Source: an uncultured Actinomycetes bacterium (GTDB lineage: Bacteria > Actinomycetota > Thermoleophilia > RBG-16-64-13). Taken from it: DNA of 39,543 nt. The translations under genes were made by a program, and so were the position numbers. Below are positions 30,285 through 39,503 of the stretch, piece after piece. The notes under the pieces were generated by a model, which saw only the letters and a list, made by a program, of their open reading frames with translations, did no database searches and was not told the DNA's origin. Positions within the stretch are counted from its first letter, which is position 1. Every line of letters starts with the position of its first letter. The stretch is from the NCBI GenBank assembly GCA_963706025.1, contig CAVPLM010000016.1, positions 1-39,543 of the forward strand, in the 5' to 3' direction.

Positions 30285-32209
30285 CGAAGGAGAAGCTCAC
30301 GCGCCGCATCGTTGACCCGTTCGATCTCGGGAACCAGCCATCCGAGTTCCAGCTCCCACAGCTTCTCGGGAGTGGGGACGCCTGTGTCCCGGTCCCAACC
30401 GCACAGGCGGTAGTAGAGCCCCTTCATCGCCTGGAAGGTCTCTCTATCAAGGTGCTTACCAGCGAGGACGCCCGCTGGGAGTGGCTCGAAGAACCGGTCG
30501 GGCAGGGTCTCGTCGTCAGCGCTGATGCCCTCCCGGGCGTTGAAGCATCGCGCCATGACTGTCCGCTTTTCCCCCAGCTTCATCAGTTCATAGAGACTGA
30601 CCTCTCTCCCGGTCGCTGCGCTCAGAATGCTGGTGATGTCCGCGAAGGTAAAACTCCTGACCGGGGCCGCTACAAACACGCACATACAGAGTGCATCAAG
30701 GAAACTGAAGTGCTGCGAGAGCACGTAATGCATCCGCACTTTCTGCTCGTCCAGAACCACGGAGTCCAGACGCTCGTAGATACCCAGCGGAAGAGCCTGT
30801 TGCAGGAAGATCTCGGGCGCGTCGAAGTCGAAATCACAGTCATGCTCGACCCTGATGTGATCGGCCCCGATATCGGAGGTGGAATAAGAGAGGTACAGCA
30901 TTCCCTTGCCGCGCGGGTCATGTAGTGGAGCTTCTTGCTTCTTGCTGACAATGGCGTATTGCTGCGTGTCATTGCCCACGATCCCAGCCGCACGATGCGC
31001 CCCTTCGGCAAGCACGTCGCCGAACCCCCGACGGAACGCGATGGCCTCGAGTGTTTCGAGCAACCCCGCCTCGCTGCCGAAGGTAAGGTCCAGCCCGCCG
31101 GTGTCGGCCGGGGAGAGGAGACCCCGCTGGCTGCACTCCATGGCCCAGGCTATGGTGCCACCCGCAGAGATGCTATCCAGACCATACTTGTTGCAGAGTT
31201 CGTGCCCTTTGGCGACGGCCTCAGCATTCCAGATATCGAGATTCGAACCCAGCGCTCCGATAGTCTCGTATTCCGGCCCGCCGTACGTCGGGTCTACATG
31301 GTAGGGTTCTCCCGTCTGCACGATGGGCTTGCAGCCGACCGCACAGTGCCAGCAGGTTCCGTGACCGGTCATGATCGTCTCTTTGAAGGTCTCGCCAGAG
31401 AGCCGATCAGCGTTTTCGTACCAACCGGCCTGAAAGTTCCTGATGGGCAGCATGCCCCTGACGTTGTTCGCGTTCACGTAATAGCCGGTGCCGATCGCCT
31501 TCAGATTCGAGTTGTCAGGATTTGTCCTGATGCGCTCCGCGAAGAGCTTGTTGCGGCGCCGTATCTCATCCTGGTCCGCGAGGGGAAGCCCGACAGTACC
31601 CCGCACCGCGATGGCCTTCAGGTTCTTCGAGCCGAACACGGCCCCCGCCCCGCTGCGTCCATTCACGTGATGTCTATCCGTGACCACACAGGCGAATCTG
31701 ACCAGGTTTTCGCCGGCAGGCCCGATGCAACAGATGCGGGCCTTGGGTTCCTGGACCTCTTGCCTTATCTGCGTCTCGGTGTCCCCTGTACTAAGACCCC
31801 ATAGGGAGCGGGCATCGCGGATATCGACCTTCCCGTCCTGTATGTAGACGTAGACGGGTTGGCCTGCGCGGCCCTCGATCACGATCCCGTCCCAGCCTGC
31901 GTGGCGGAGTTCAGGACCGAAGAAGCCGGCCGCCTGACTGTCGATCAGCGCGCCCGTGAGCGGAGATTTCGCTTGAATGCTGTAGCGATTGAAACCGGAT
32001 GCGGGGATTCCTGCGATGCCGGCGGAGATGCACAGAACGTTATCGGGACCGAGAGGGTCGATGCCTGGTGACGACTCTCTGAGGAGGTAGTAGATGCCTT
32101 GGCAAGCTCCGCCCCAGTAGCGTCGATAGAATGTCTCATCATGCGCGTCGACCCACGTCCGACCAGTTGTCAGGTCGATTCTTAGAGTCTTGCCGTGGAA
32201 GCCGTACAT
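30281..32209 (-). CDS. Aldehyde:ferredoxin oxidoreductase (W/Mo-pterin AOR family)
   Basis: MYGFHGKTLRIDL, KSPLTG, GRSGAGAVFGSKNLKAI, CWHCAVGC, GPEYET, YGLDSIS and DALCMC motifs, with a GGAGG RBS. Confidence 0.93.
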   Translation of the reverse strand: MYGFHGKTLRIDLTTGRTWVDAHDETFYRRYWGGACQGIYYLLRESSPGIDPLGPDNVLCISAGIAGIPASGFNRYSIQAKSPLTGALIDSQAAGFFGPELRHAGWDGIVIEGRAGQPVYVYIQDGKVDIRDARSLWGLSTGDTETQIRQEVQEPKARICCIGPAGENLVRFACVVTDRHHVNGRSGAGAVFGSKNLKAIAVRGTVGLPLADQDEIRRRNKLFAERIRTNPDNSNLKAIGTGYYVNANNVRGMLPIRNFQAGWYENADRLSGETFKETIMTGHGTCWHCAVGCKPIVQTGEPYHVDPTYGGPEYETIGALGSNLDIWNAEAVAKGHELCNKYGLDSISAGGTIAWAMECSQRGLLSPADTGGLDLTFGSEAGLLETLEAIAFRRGFGDVLAEGAHRAAGIVGNDTQQYAIVSKKQEAPLHDPRGKGMLYLSYSTSDIGADHIRVEHDCDFDFDAPEIFLQQALPLGIYERLDSVVLDEQKVRMHYVLSQHFSFLDALCMCVFVAAPVRSFTFADITSILSAATGREVSLYELMKLGEKRTVMARCFNAREGISADDETLPDRFFEPLPAGVLAGKHLDRETFQAMKGLYYRLCGWDRDTGVPTPEKLWELELGWLVPEIERVNDAARELLLR

Positions 32210-32240
32210 CCGTCCTCCCGAATCACGAATGTGATAGAGC

Positions 32241-32271
32241 ATGTATACCGCATACCCCATACATAATGCAA
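32241..32271 (-). promoter_or_regulatory. Promoter/operator in the AOR-gntR divergent region
   Basis: atgtataccgcatacc-ccatacata-atgcaa, whose first 16 bp are identical to 29876-29891. Confidence 0.65.
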
Positions 32272-32360
32272 GTGGCTTTTCTTCAGCGACTGACTGCGGT
32301 AGACTTCAGCAAGGGAACAAACGCCACAGACCGCGAGTGACCATTCCTGGGAGTGAGGCC

Positions 32361-33176
32361 TTGAACGAGAACCCTGTTACCGGCGACCTGATAGATCAGA
32401 AGACCCTTGCTGAAGCCGCACGCGAGAAGATAAGGGAAGCAATCCTGCAAGGGAGGTTCGAGCCAGGGAAGAAGCTAGACCAGGCGATGCTGGCCCGAGC
32501 ATATGGAATAAGCCGCATGCCCATTCGCGATGCCCTTCGCGCGCTTGAGCGCGACGGCTTCGTGGCTCTGGATTCCCGCCGGGGGGCTTCAGTGGTGGAT
32601 GTCGACCCGAAGGAAATGGCGCAGCTGTACGAAATCAGAGAGGTAGTCGAGATGCTGGCCGCGAAGCAAGCCGCACCTCGCATCACAGATGAAGATCTTG
32701 AAGGCCTGAGAGACCTCTCTAGGCGGATGGAGGAAGCCAATTCCGTCGGTGATACGGCGCGCTTTCTGCAGCTGGATCACGACTTCCACCTGGCTGCGTA
32801 CCGGGCCTGCGAGAACGTTCCATTGCTGAGAATCGTCGGTGATCTCATAAACTCTACTTGGATCTACCGCATCGCTGCGACGCGGCAAGCTCGCGATCGC
32901 GCGGCGTATCAGAGCGAGCATGGTGAGATCATCGACGCACTAGTGGCGAGAGACTGCCGGCTCGCATGTCGGCTGGTCAAACAGCACCTGCGGCAAACGG
33001 AGCGAATCATCGGCCATGGACACAAGGGTAGCCGTCCGAAAGATAACCATGAGGCCATCGCCGACCAGCCGAAACCCCGTAACATCCAGGAAGAGAGGTC
33101 GCACCACAGTGTCTCCCGAGCGAGCCAAAGTGCGGACTTGCACAGGATCGGACGCCGCGCTGGCTCGCCCGAATAA
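32361..33176 (+). CDS. GntR-family (FCD) transcriptional regulator
   Basis: IREAILQGRFEPGKKL...LARAYGISRMPIRDAL HTH and FCD motifs (D..FH, EH..I...L..RD). The start is uncertain (TTG 32361 or GTG 32337). Confidence 0.9.
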   Translation: MNENPVTGDLIDQKTLAEAAREKIREAILQGRFEPGKKLDQAMLARAYGISRMPIRDALRALERDGFVALDSRRGASVVDVDPKEMAQLYEIREVVEMLAAKQAAPRITDEDLEGLRDLSRRMEEANSVGDTARFLQLDHDFHLAAYRACENVPLLRIVGDLINSTWIYRIAATRQARDRAAYQSEHGEIIDALVARDCRLACRLVKQHLRQTERIIGHGHKGSRPKDNHEAIADQPKPRNIQEERSHHSVSRASQSADLHRIGRRAGSPE

Positions 33177-33274
33177 AATACGGACTGCTTCCTGCCTGAA
33201 CTCCGGCGCGCAAGCTGCGTCGACACTCCCTTCTGGACCGTCGGGAGCCGATTCTGAGTGTCAATGGAACCGGG

Positions 33275-33402
33275 TCAGGTCCGGAGGATCGCCTCCCAGG
33301 CGCTCACCATCGTATGCGAGATGTTGGACGCCTCGTCGGCATCGCCTATCACGAAGACCTCTGGGGCCAGCCCAGCCCGCCCCCTCAAGTCGCGCACCAA
33401 GG
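33275..33402 (-). pseudogene. C-terminal remnant of an FAD-dependent oxidoreductase (NADH:flavin oxidoreductase/enoate-reductase-like) cut by the IS end
   Basis: LAPEVFVIGDADEASNISHTMVSAWEA resembles the VYVIGD...NI.HA...A.E terminal motif of that family. Confidence 0.5.
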
Positions 33403-33780
33403 TGAACCGCTCCGGGTTCGGTAGAGACTCGTTTGTTTGAGTCCCGCCTCTCCGGCCGAGACTCTTCCGCAGCATCTCTTCCGGCTGCGCCGGTGGCATG
33501 TGACTGATCGTTGTGATACTCGACGGTGATTGAGCCAACCGACTCATTCCAGCGTCGCGTATTCCACTTCGCCCGGAGTCTTCCAGGGGCCTCGCTTTCT
33601 GATGACTTCGGTCACCCTTAGAAGGCCGATGATGGTTTCGGTGAGAGCGTTGTCGCGCGAATCCCGACGAGAGCCGACGGGAGTGACGGCGCCGGCCCCA
33701 GCCTCGGCCAGGCGTTCGGTGTGGCTGATGGAGAGGTATCGTGCTCCAACACCAGACGCACGGCCCGCTCCCGTATCTCC
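33403..33780 (-). mobile_element. Degenerate IS3-family (IS51/IS6110-like) remnant: right end plus OrfB C-terminus
   Basis: YLSISHTERLAEAG...VGS..DSRDNALTETIIGL..TEVIRKRGPWKT..EVEYATLE. The terminal IR tgaaccgctccgggttcggtagagactc at 33403 resembles IS6110-type TGAACCGCCCCGG...GAGACTC ends. Confidence 0.85.
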
Positions 33781-33902
33781 TGTGGTTACCTCGCTTATAT
33801 GCTCATGCTCCAATCCTCTTCCATAAGAGGCGAGCATTTCATTCCATCTAAAGAGTTCGAGCCTCCCACATCGACTGCGAGAAGATGCTCGGGTCGATTC
33901 GA

Positions 33903-34099
33903 TTGACCGCCCACCGGCTCCGTGCTATAAACTGCGTGTACGGTATACGCCCGGGCGCGCGCCGACTTCAGTCAGGACAGCCGCCCCTAGCGGAGCACTC
34001 TCGCTCCAATAGTCCGGGCACAGCGATCTCTTGACAAGGGGAAAGATACGGTTATAGTTGTATACCGTGTACGGTATGTGTTGAAGTGTGCGGTATAGG
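33903..34099 (+). promoter_or_regulatory. Tandem sigma70-like promoters with operator motifs upstream of the dehydrogenase operon
   Basis: TTGACC-17-TATAAA (33903-33931) is followed by gtgtacggtatac. TTGACA-16-TATAGT (34031-34058) is followed by the palindrome ATACCGT-GT-ACGGTAT (34062-34077). A further gcggtata lies near 34090. Confidence 0.7.
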
Positions 34100-34231
34100 G
34101 CAGCCCGAGCACCACATCGAGGGGCGGCTCCTCGATTCGAGCCTTGGCGGTCTTGGGGACTCCCGGTTTCGCAGCACAAGCCGCGGGTGATTGATGTCGA
34201 CCAAGAAGATCTGATGAGGGAGGTTGCGGCA

Positions 34232-35239
34232 GTGGAGCTCACCAAGAAGCGTCTACTCGAGATGTACCGAACCATGGTCAGGATTCGGCGATTCGAGGAG
34301 AAGATCGTGGAGATGTACGCCGAAGGCACGATGCCCGGTCTCGCTCACCTCTACAACGGTGAGGAGGCGGTAGCCGTGGGGGCGTGCAGCGCTCTCAACC
34401 CCGACGACTACATCACCAGCACCCACAGGGGCCACGGGCATCTGATCGCCAAAGGCGGCAAGACGGACTTGATGATGGCCGAACTCTTTGGTCGTGAAGC
34501 CGGATACTGCAAAGGAAAAGGCGGATCGATGCACATCGCCGACCTCGATCTCGGTATTCTCGGCGCCATGGGCATCGTGGGGTCTGGCCTTCCCATTGCG
34601 GTGGGCGCTGGATACTCCGCGTACTTGCGCAAGTCAGGCCAGGTATGCGTCGCCTTCTTCGGAGATGCGGCCTCCAACATCGGAGCAGCGCACGAGTCTC
34701 TCAATCTTGCCGCCGTCTGGAAGCTCCCGGTGGTCTTCGTGTGCGAGAACAACGGATATGGCATTTCGGTGTCCCAGAAACGGCACCAAGCCATCACCGA
34801 CATCGTTGACAGGGCCCCTGGGTATGGCATGCCGGGGGTCATAGTCGACGGGAACGACGTGGTCGCGGTGCACCGGGCCGTATCTGAAGCAGTTGAGCGA
34901 GCAAGGGCCGGCGAGGGCCCCTCGTTGATCGAGTGCAAGACGTATCGAATGCGCGGTCACTTCGAAGGAGACCCGGGTCGCGGAATGCGCTACCGATCAA
35001 CGGAAGAGATCCAGCTTTGGGATTCGCCAGAGAAGGACGCCATCGCTCGTTTCGGCGCTGAGTTGGTGAAATCCAAGAAAGCGACGCAAAAGGAGCTGGA
35101 TGACATCCTCGCCGAAATCGCAGCAGAAATAGAAGCTGCTGTGGTCTTCGCGAAGGCGGCGCCGTTCCCCGACATGACTGAGGGTATGGAAGACGTCTAT
35201 AGCGCCGAGTATGCGCACTTGGCCCAGACCGGGCTCTAG
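34232..35239 (+). CDS. TPP-dependent acetoin/2-oxoacid dehydrogenase E1 alpha (AcoA/PdhA-like)
   Basis: HLYNGEEA, STHRGHGH, GKGGSMH, FGDAA..N and ENNGYG motifs. GGGAGGT RBS before GTG 34232. Confidence 0.92.
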   Translation: MELTKKRLLEMYRTMVRIRRFEEKIVEMYAEGTMPGLAHLYNGEEAVAVGACSALNPDDYITSTHRGHGHLIAKGGKTDLMMAELFGREAGYCKGKGGSMHIADLDLGILGAMGIVGSGLPIAVGAGYSAYLRKSGQVCVAFFGDAASNIGAAHESLNLAAVWKLPVVFVCENNGYGISVSQKRHQAITDIVDRAPGYGMPGVIVDGNDVVAVHRAVSEAVERARAGEGPSLIECKTYRMRGHFEGDPGRGMRYRSTEEIQLWDSPEKDAIARFGAELVKSKKATQKELDDILAEIAAEIEAAVVFAKAAPFPDMTEGMEDVYSAEYAHLAQTGL

Positions 35240-35281
35240 CTCGCTCGAAACTTCGTTTGGTCACAGCAAGGAGTACAGAGG

Positions 35282-36259
35282 ATGAGAACCATTTCCTATA
35301 GCCAGGCGGTCCGAGAGGCCTTGCGGGAAGAGATGCTTCGGGACCCCAGCGTCATCATGTTCGGTGAGGACTGCGGACCCTACGGGGGGATCTACGGCGT
35401 AAGTGGGGACCTGCGCGAGCAGTTCGGCGAAGAACGAGTTCGCGACACGCCCATTTCGGAATCGGCGATCGTGGGCTGCGGCATAGGAGCAGCCATGACC
35501 GGAATGCGTCCAGTCCCGGAAATCATGCAGACGGACTTCTTCGGGGTCTGCCTGGACCAGATCGCCAACCAAGCGGGCCAGATCCGGTACATGTTCGGGG
35601 GCAAAGCCCGGCTGCCCCTGGTGATCCGGACCGCGGAAGGTGCCGGCCGCGGAGCAGCCGCCCACCATTCCCAGTGCCTGGAAGCCTGGATCCTGCATTC
35701 CCCCGGCCTCCTTCTGGTGATGCCCGCCACCCCCTATGATGCCAAGGGTCTCTTAAAGACCGCCATCCGGGGCGAGGACCCGGTGGTTTTCATCGAGCAC
35801 AAGATGCTCTACCGCACCACCGGACCGGTGCCGGACGAGGGGGAGGAGTACACCATCCCCTTCGGGGTGGCCGCGGTTCCCCGAGAGGGCACGGATGTCA
35901 CCGTGGTGGCCATATCGGCCATGGTGCCCAAGGCGCTCGCGGCGGCCGAGAAGTTGGCTGAGGAGGATGTGAGCGTTGAGGTTATTGACCCGCGCACAAT
36001 AAGACCCCTGGATCTTGACCGGATTTGCGAATCGGTTCGTAAGACCCATAGGGCGGTCATCGTTCATGAAGCTCGCAAGACGTGCGGCATAGGGGCGGAG
36101 ATCGCCTCGCGGATAACGGAGAACGTCTTTGACTACCTTGATGCCCCGGTGGCGCGCGTGTGCGGGTGGGACACTCCCGTTCCCTTCAGCCCGGTGCTCG
36201 AGAAGGCGTTCATCCCCGACGAGAACGACATCGTTAGTGCCGTCCGCGGACTCCTTTAG
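35282..36259 (+). CDS. Dehydrogenase E1 beta (AcoB/PdhB-like)
   Basis: FGEDCG..GG, RVRDTPISE, AAHHSQ, DAKGLL and EVIDPRT motifs. Confidence 0.93.
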   Translation: MRTISYSQAVREALREEMLRDPSVIMFGEDCGPYGGIYGVSGDLREQFGEERVRDTPISESAIVGCGIGAAMTGMRPVPEIMQTDFFGVCLDQIANQAGQIRYMFGGKARLPLVIRTAEGAGRGAAAHHSQCLEAWILHSPGLLLVMPATPYDAKGLLKTAIRGEDPVVFIEHKMLYRTTGPVPDEGEEYTIPFGVAAVPREGTDVTVVAISAMVPKALAAAEKLAEEDVSVEVIDPRTIRPLDLDRICESVRKTHRAVIVHEARKTCGIGAEIASRITENVFDYLDAPVARVCGWDTPVPFSPVLEKAFIPDENDIVSAVRGLL

Positions 36260-36268
36260 GGGGCAATC

Positions 36269-37661
36269 ATGGCGACCAGAGTGAATGTGCCCTATATGGG
36301 ACTCACCACCGAAGAAGTCACGGTGACTGAGTGGCTGAAGCAGGAGGGAGAGGCCGTCGCCAAGGGCGAGTCGATTGTGGAGGTGCTCACCGACAAGGTG
36401 AACAATGTGGTCGAAGCCCCCGAAGCCGGGGTGCTGCTCAAGATCGTGGCTCCCGCGGATACAGTCGTCCCTGTCGAGGGTGCCCTCTGCTGGATCGGCG
36501 AGGCTGGGGAGGAAGTGCCCGATAAGGAGGCAGCTGCGACCGCCGTGCCTGGCGAGGAACGGGCCGATGCCACCAAGCCCGCGGAAGCCGTGGCGACCGT
36601 GGCCGCCCAGTCGGTCGGGAGCGGCGAATACGTGAAGGCCTCTCCCGCGGCCAAGCGGGCGGCCCGCGAGCGGGGCGTCGATCTGGCTCTGGTCACCGGC
36701 ACCGGTCCCGGGGGCCGGGTGACCGAAGACGATGTGGCCACATACGGAGAAGAGCAGGCCCCTGCCGGCACGGTCCGGGCCACGCCCCTAGCCAAGAAGC
36801 TGGCCGCTGAGTCCGGAGTGGACCTGGCCGGCGTGTCAGGCACCGGGGTTAACGGCCGCATCCGCGGAGCCGATATCGTGGCCGCGGGGGCGCCGGCTGC
36901 CGGGCCGGCCCCTGCCGACGTGGGCTCCGCCACCCGAGCGGGTCTGCCCCTCGCCCCGGCAGAGATCGCCTCCGTGGTGCCCATGGCCGGCCTGCGTCGG
37001 ATCGTCGCCCAGAGGATGTTCCAGAGCGCCCGGACCATCCCCCGGGTCACGCACACCACCGAAGTGGACGTCACCGAAACGGTGCGGATGCGCGACTGCT
37101 TGCTGGCCCGGGCCGAGAGCCAGGGCGGGGTACGTCCCTCCTACACCGACATCGTGGTCAAGATCACGGCCCAAGCATTGCGCGAGCACCCCCTGATGAA
37201 CGCCCGAGTGGCCGAGGAAGAGATCCAGGTGCTGGACGCGGTCAACGTGGGGGTGGCGGTCGCGGTTGCCGACGGCCTGGTGGTCCCGGTGATCCACGAC
37301 GCCGACCTCAAGGGTGTGCAGGCTATAGCCGAGGAGTCGCGGGACAAGATCGAACGGGCCCGGGCCGGTACGCTGGTTGCCGACGATGTGACCGGTGGCA
37401 CCTTCACGGTCACCAACCTGGGCACCTACGAGATCGATGCCTTCACCCCCATCATCAACCTTCCCGAGGCGGGAATCCTAGGGATCGGCCGCATCGTCAA
37501 GAAACCGGTGGTTGTGGACGGCCAGATCGCGATCCGTTCGATGATGTACCTGAGTCTGACCTTCGACCACCGCGATCATCGACGGAGCCCCGGCCGCAGC
37601 CTTCTTGCGCACCATCAAGGGGTACCTAGAGAAGCCTTACGAGCTTCTTGCGGTGCGCTGA
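36269..37661 (+). CDS. Dihydrolipoamide acyltransferase E2 (one lipoyl domain, two E3-binding domains); frameshift near 37574
   Basis: TDKV lipoyl lysine, ASPAAKR..GTGPGGR and ATPLAKK..GTGVNGR subunit-binding domains, TFTVTNLG. The shifted frame restores DHRIIDGAPAAAFL...* at 37661. Confidence 0.9.
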
Positions 37662-37721
37662 CGCGATCAAACACATTCAACTGCATCCGGAAGTCGGGCC
37701 CGACCCCGAGAGGAGCCTGCT

Positions 37722-39154
37722 TTGGTAACGACTGATTTGGCCATCATCGGCGCCGGCCCCGGCGGATATGTGGCCGCCCTGCGCGCCGCCCAGTTGGGGA
37801 TGAAGGTGACCGTAATAGAGAGTACCCATCTGGGCGGCATCTGCCTGAACCGAGGGTGTATTCCCACCAAGGCTATGCTGCATACGGCCGCCGTCGCTCA
37901 CGAAGTTCGGCAGGCGGGCTACCTACGGGGTGATCGTCAAGGGGGAGCCGCGCATCGACTACGCGGCTGCTCTTAAGCGCCGCGAGGACGTGGTCGCGGG
38001 GCTCCGCAGCGGGGTGCGCACCCTGCTCAGGCAGGGCAAGGTGGAGGTCCTGGCCGGGCGCGCTTCGTTTGTTGGGCCGCGCACGCTGGTTGTCGAGCCG
38101 GTCGAGGCCGATATCGGCGCCGGCAAAGGCGTGGTGCTTGGCGCCCAAGAGACGGTGGAGGCCGCCCACATTATGGTGGCGACCGGTTCGAAGCCGGCGG
38201 CCCTGCCCATTCCGGGCGTCGATCATCCCCGGGTGATCGACTCGGACGGAGCCCTTGCCCTCACGAAGGTCCCGGCCAGCCTGCTGGTGGCGGGCGCTGG
38301 GGCCGTGGGCTGCGAGTGGAGCCTGATCTTCGCCCGTCTGGGTGCCAAGGTCACCCTGGTCGAGATGCTGCCGGAGGTGCTGCCCCGGGAAGACGCCGAC
38401 ATGGGCAAGGTGCTGGCCAAAGCCTTAAAAGGCGAGGGGGTCACCGTCCACACCGGCACTTCCGTCACGGCGGTCAGGGAGAAGGGCGGTGAGCTCGAGG
38501 TTGAGCTTTCAGGCCAGTCTACGAGCATCGTCGCTGCCGACTACGTTCTCGTCGCGGCCGGCCGGGCGCCTCTCATCGACGGTCTAGCCCTGGAAGCTGC
38601 CGGGGTCGCGACCGACCCCAAAGGCTGGATTCTCGACCGACCCCTATCAGAAGACCAACGCCCCGTCGGTTCTTGCCGTCGGGGACGTCACCGGTCGGGC
38701 GCTTCTTGCCCACGTAGCCTCGAGGCAGGGGATCGTGGCGGTGGAGAAGCTGGCCGGGCTTTCTCCGGAGCCGGTCCGCGATGACCGCATCCCTTCCGTC
38801 ACCTATACCGACCCGGAAGTCGCGAGCGTGGGACTCACCGAGACGCAGGCCCGGGAGACGGGCCTCCCAGTGGTCGTCGGCACGTTCCCCTTCTCCGCTT
38901 CCGGTCGGGCTCAGGCCCAGGGCGCGGACACCGGACTGGTGAAGGTGGTGGCCGAATCCGGGTTTGGCCGGGTTCTCGGGGTGCACATGGTCGGCCCTCA
39001 CGTGGGCGAGTTGTTAGCCGAAGCTGTCCTGGCGCTGGAACTCGAGACCACTCTGGACGAGCTGTCGTCGGTCATCCGCGCGCATCCCACACTCTCGGAG
39101 GCTCTGGGTGAAGCTTCCCTGGCGGCGGCAGGCCGGGCGCTGCACTCGACCTAG
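37722..39154 (+). CDS. lpdA: Dihydrolipoamide dehydrogenase E3, frameshifted twice
   Basis: [41 protein letters not shown] and HPTLSE motifs across three frames. Confidence 0.88.
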
Positions 39155-39191
39155 GAGGAGGGCACAGGAGACCATAACCATCGAACGCCAC

Positions 39192-39476
39192 ATGCCCGTC
39201 CGCAGACTGACCCTGGAGGAAGGCCCGATTCAGCCCCCCTCGGTGGCGGCATCGCCGCACCACGTCTCTGCTTCTCCCCGAGCGCGCGCTCATGCCGCAG
39301 CCCTGGGGATCGATTTTGCCACTATTGCCCTGAGTGGCGATCGGATCAGCAAGCCAGACGTGGTTCTTGCGGCCGGCGCCGCTCCTCAGCATGTGCCAGG
39401 CGCGCGACCAACCCCCCCGGCGCGCGCCTGGCTGCTGAACTGGTCCCTCGGGCTCCCGGTCGACGTGTACTACTAG
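39192..39476 (+). pseudogene. E3-binding-domain (E2-like) fragment fused in frame to the duplicated L,D-transpeptidase C-terminus
   Basis: ASPRARAHAAALGIDFATI...RISKPDV resembles a peripheral subunit-binding domain. The ORF ends LGLPVDVYY*, identical to the 18500-19792 protein end. Confidence 0.55.
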
Positions 39477-39503
39477 AGCCTAACTGCCACGGTGGACCAC
39501 CAG
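39445..39503 (+). repeat. Right copy of the direct repeat (attR-like)
   Basis: ccctcgggctcccggtcgacgtgtactactagagcctaactgccacggtggaccaccag, followed by a gggccgc/gcggccc hairpin at 39517-39535. Confidence 0.92.

Larger units (their letters stand above)
19761..39503. mobile_element. Putative ~19.7 kb metabolic genomic island bounded by direct repeats; no integrase seen
   Basis: Flanking repeat of a gene 3' end, visibly more A/T-rich codon usage in much of the interior, an IS remnant and gene fragments. Confidence 0.7.

Noticed and set aside
33925-34231. Extended N-terminus of E1 alpha (from 34088) or a separate ORF here
   Set aside because: The region contains clear promoter and operator motifs, and a good RBS precedes GTG 34232.
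19761-39503. Diversity-generating retroelement VR/TR pair at a gene 3' end
   Set aside because: The mismatches are G/C, G/T and an indel rather than adenine-specific, and no reverse transcriptase is present in the window.
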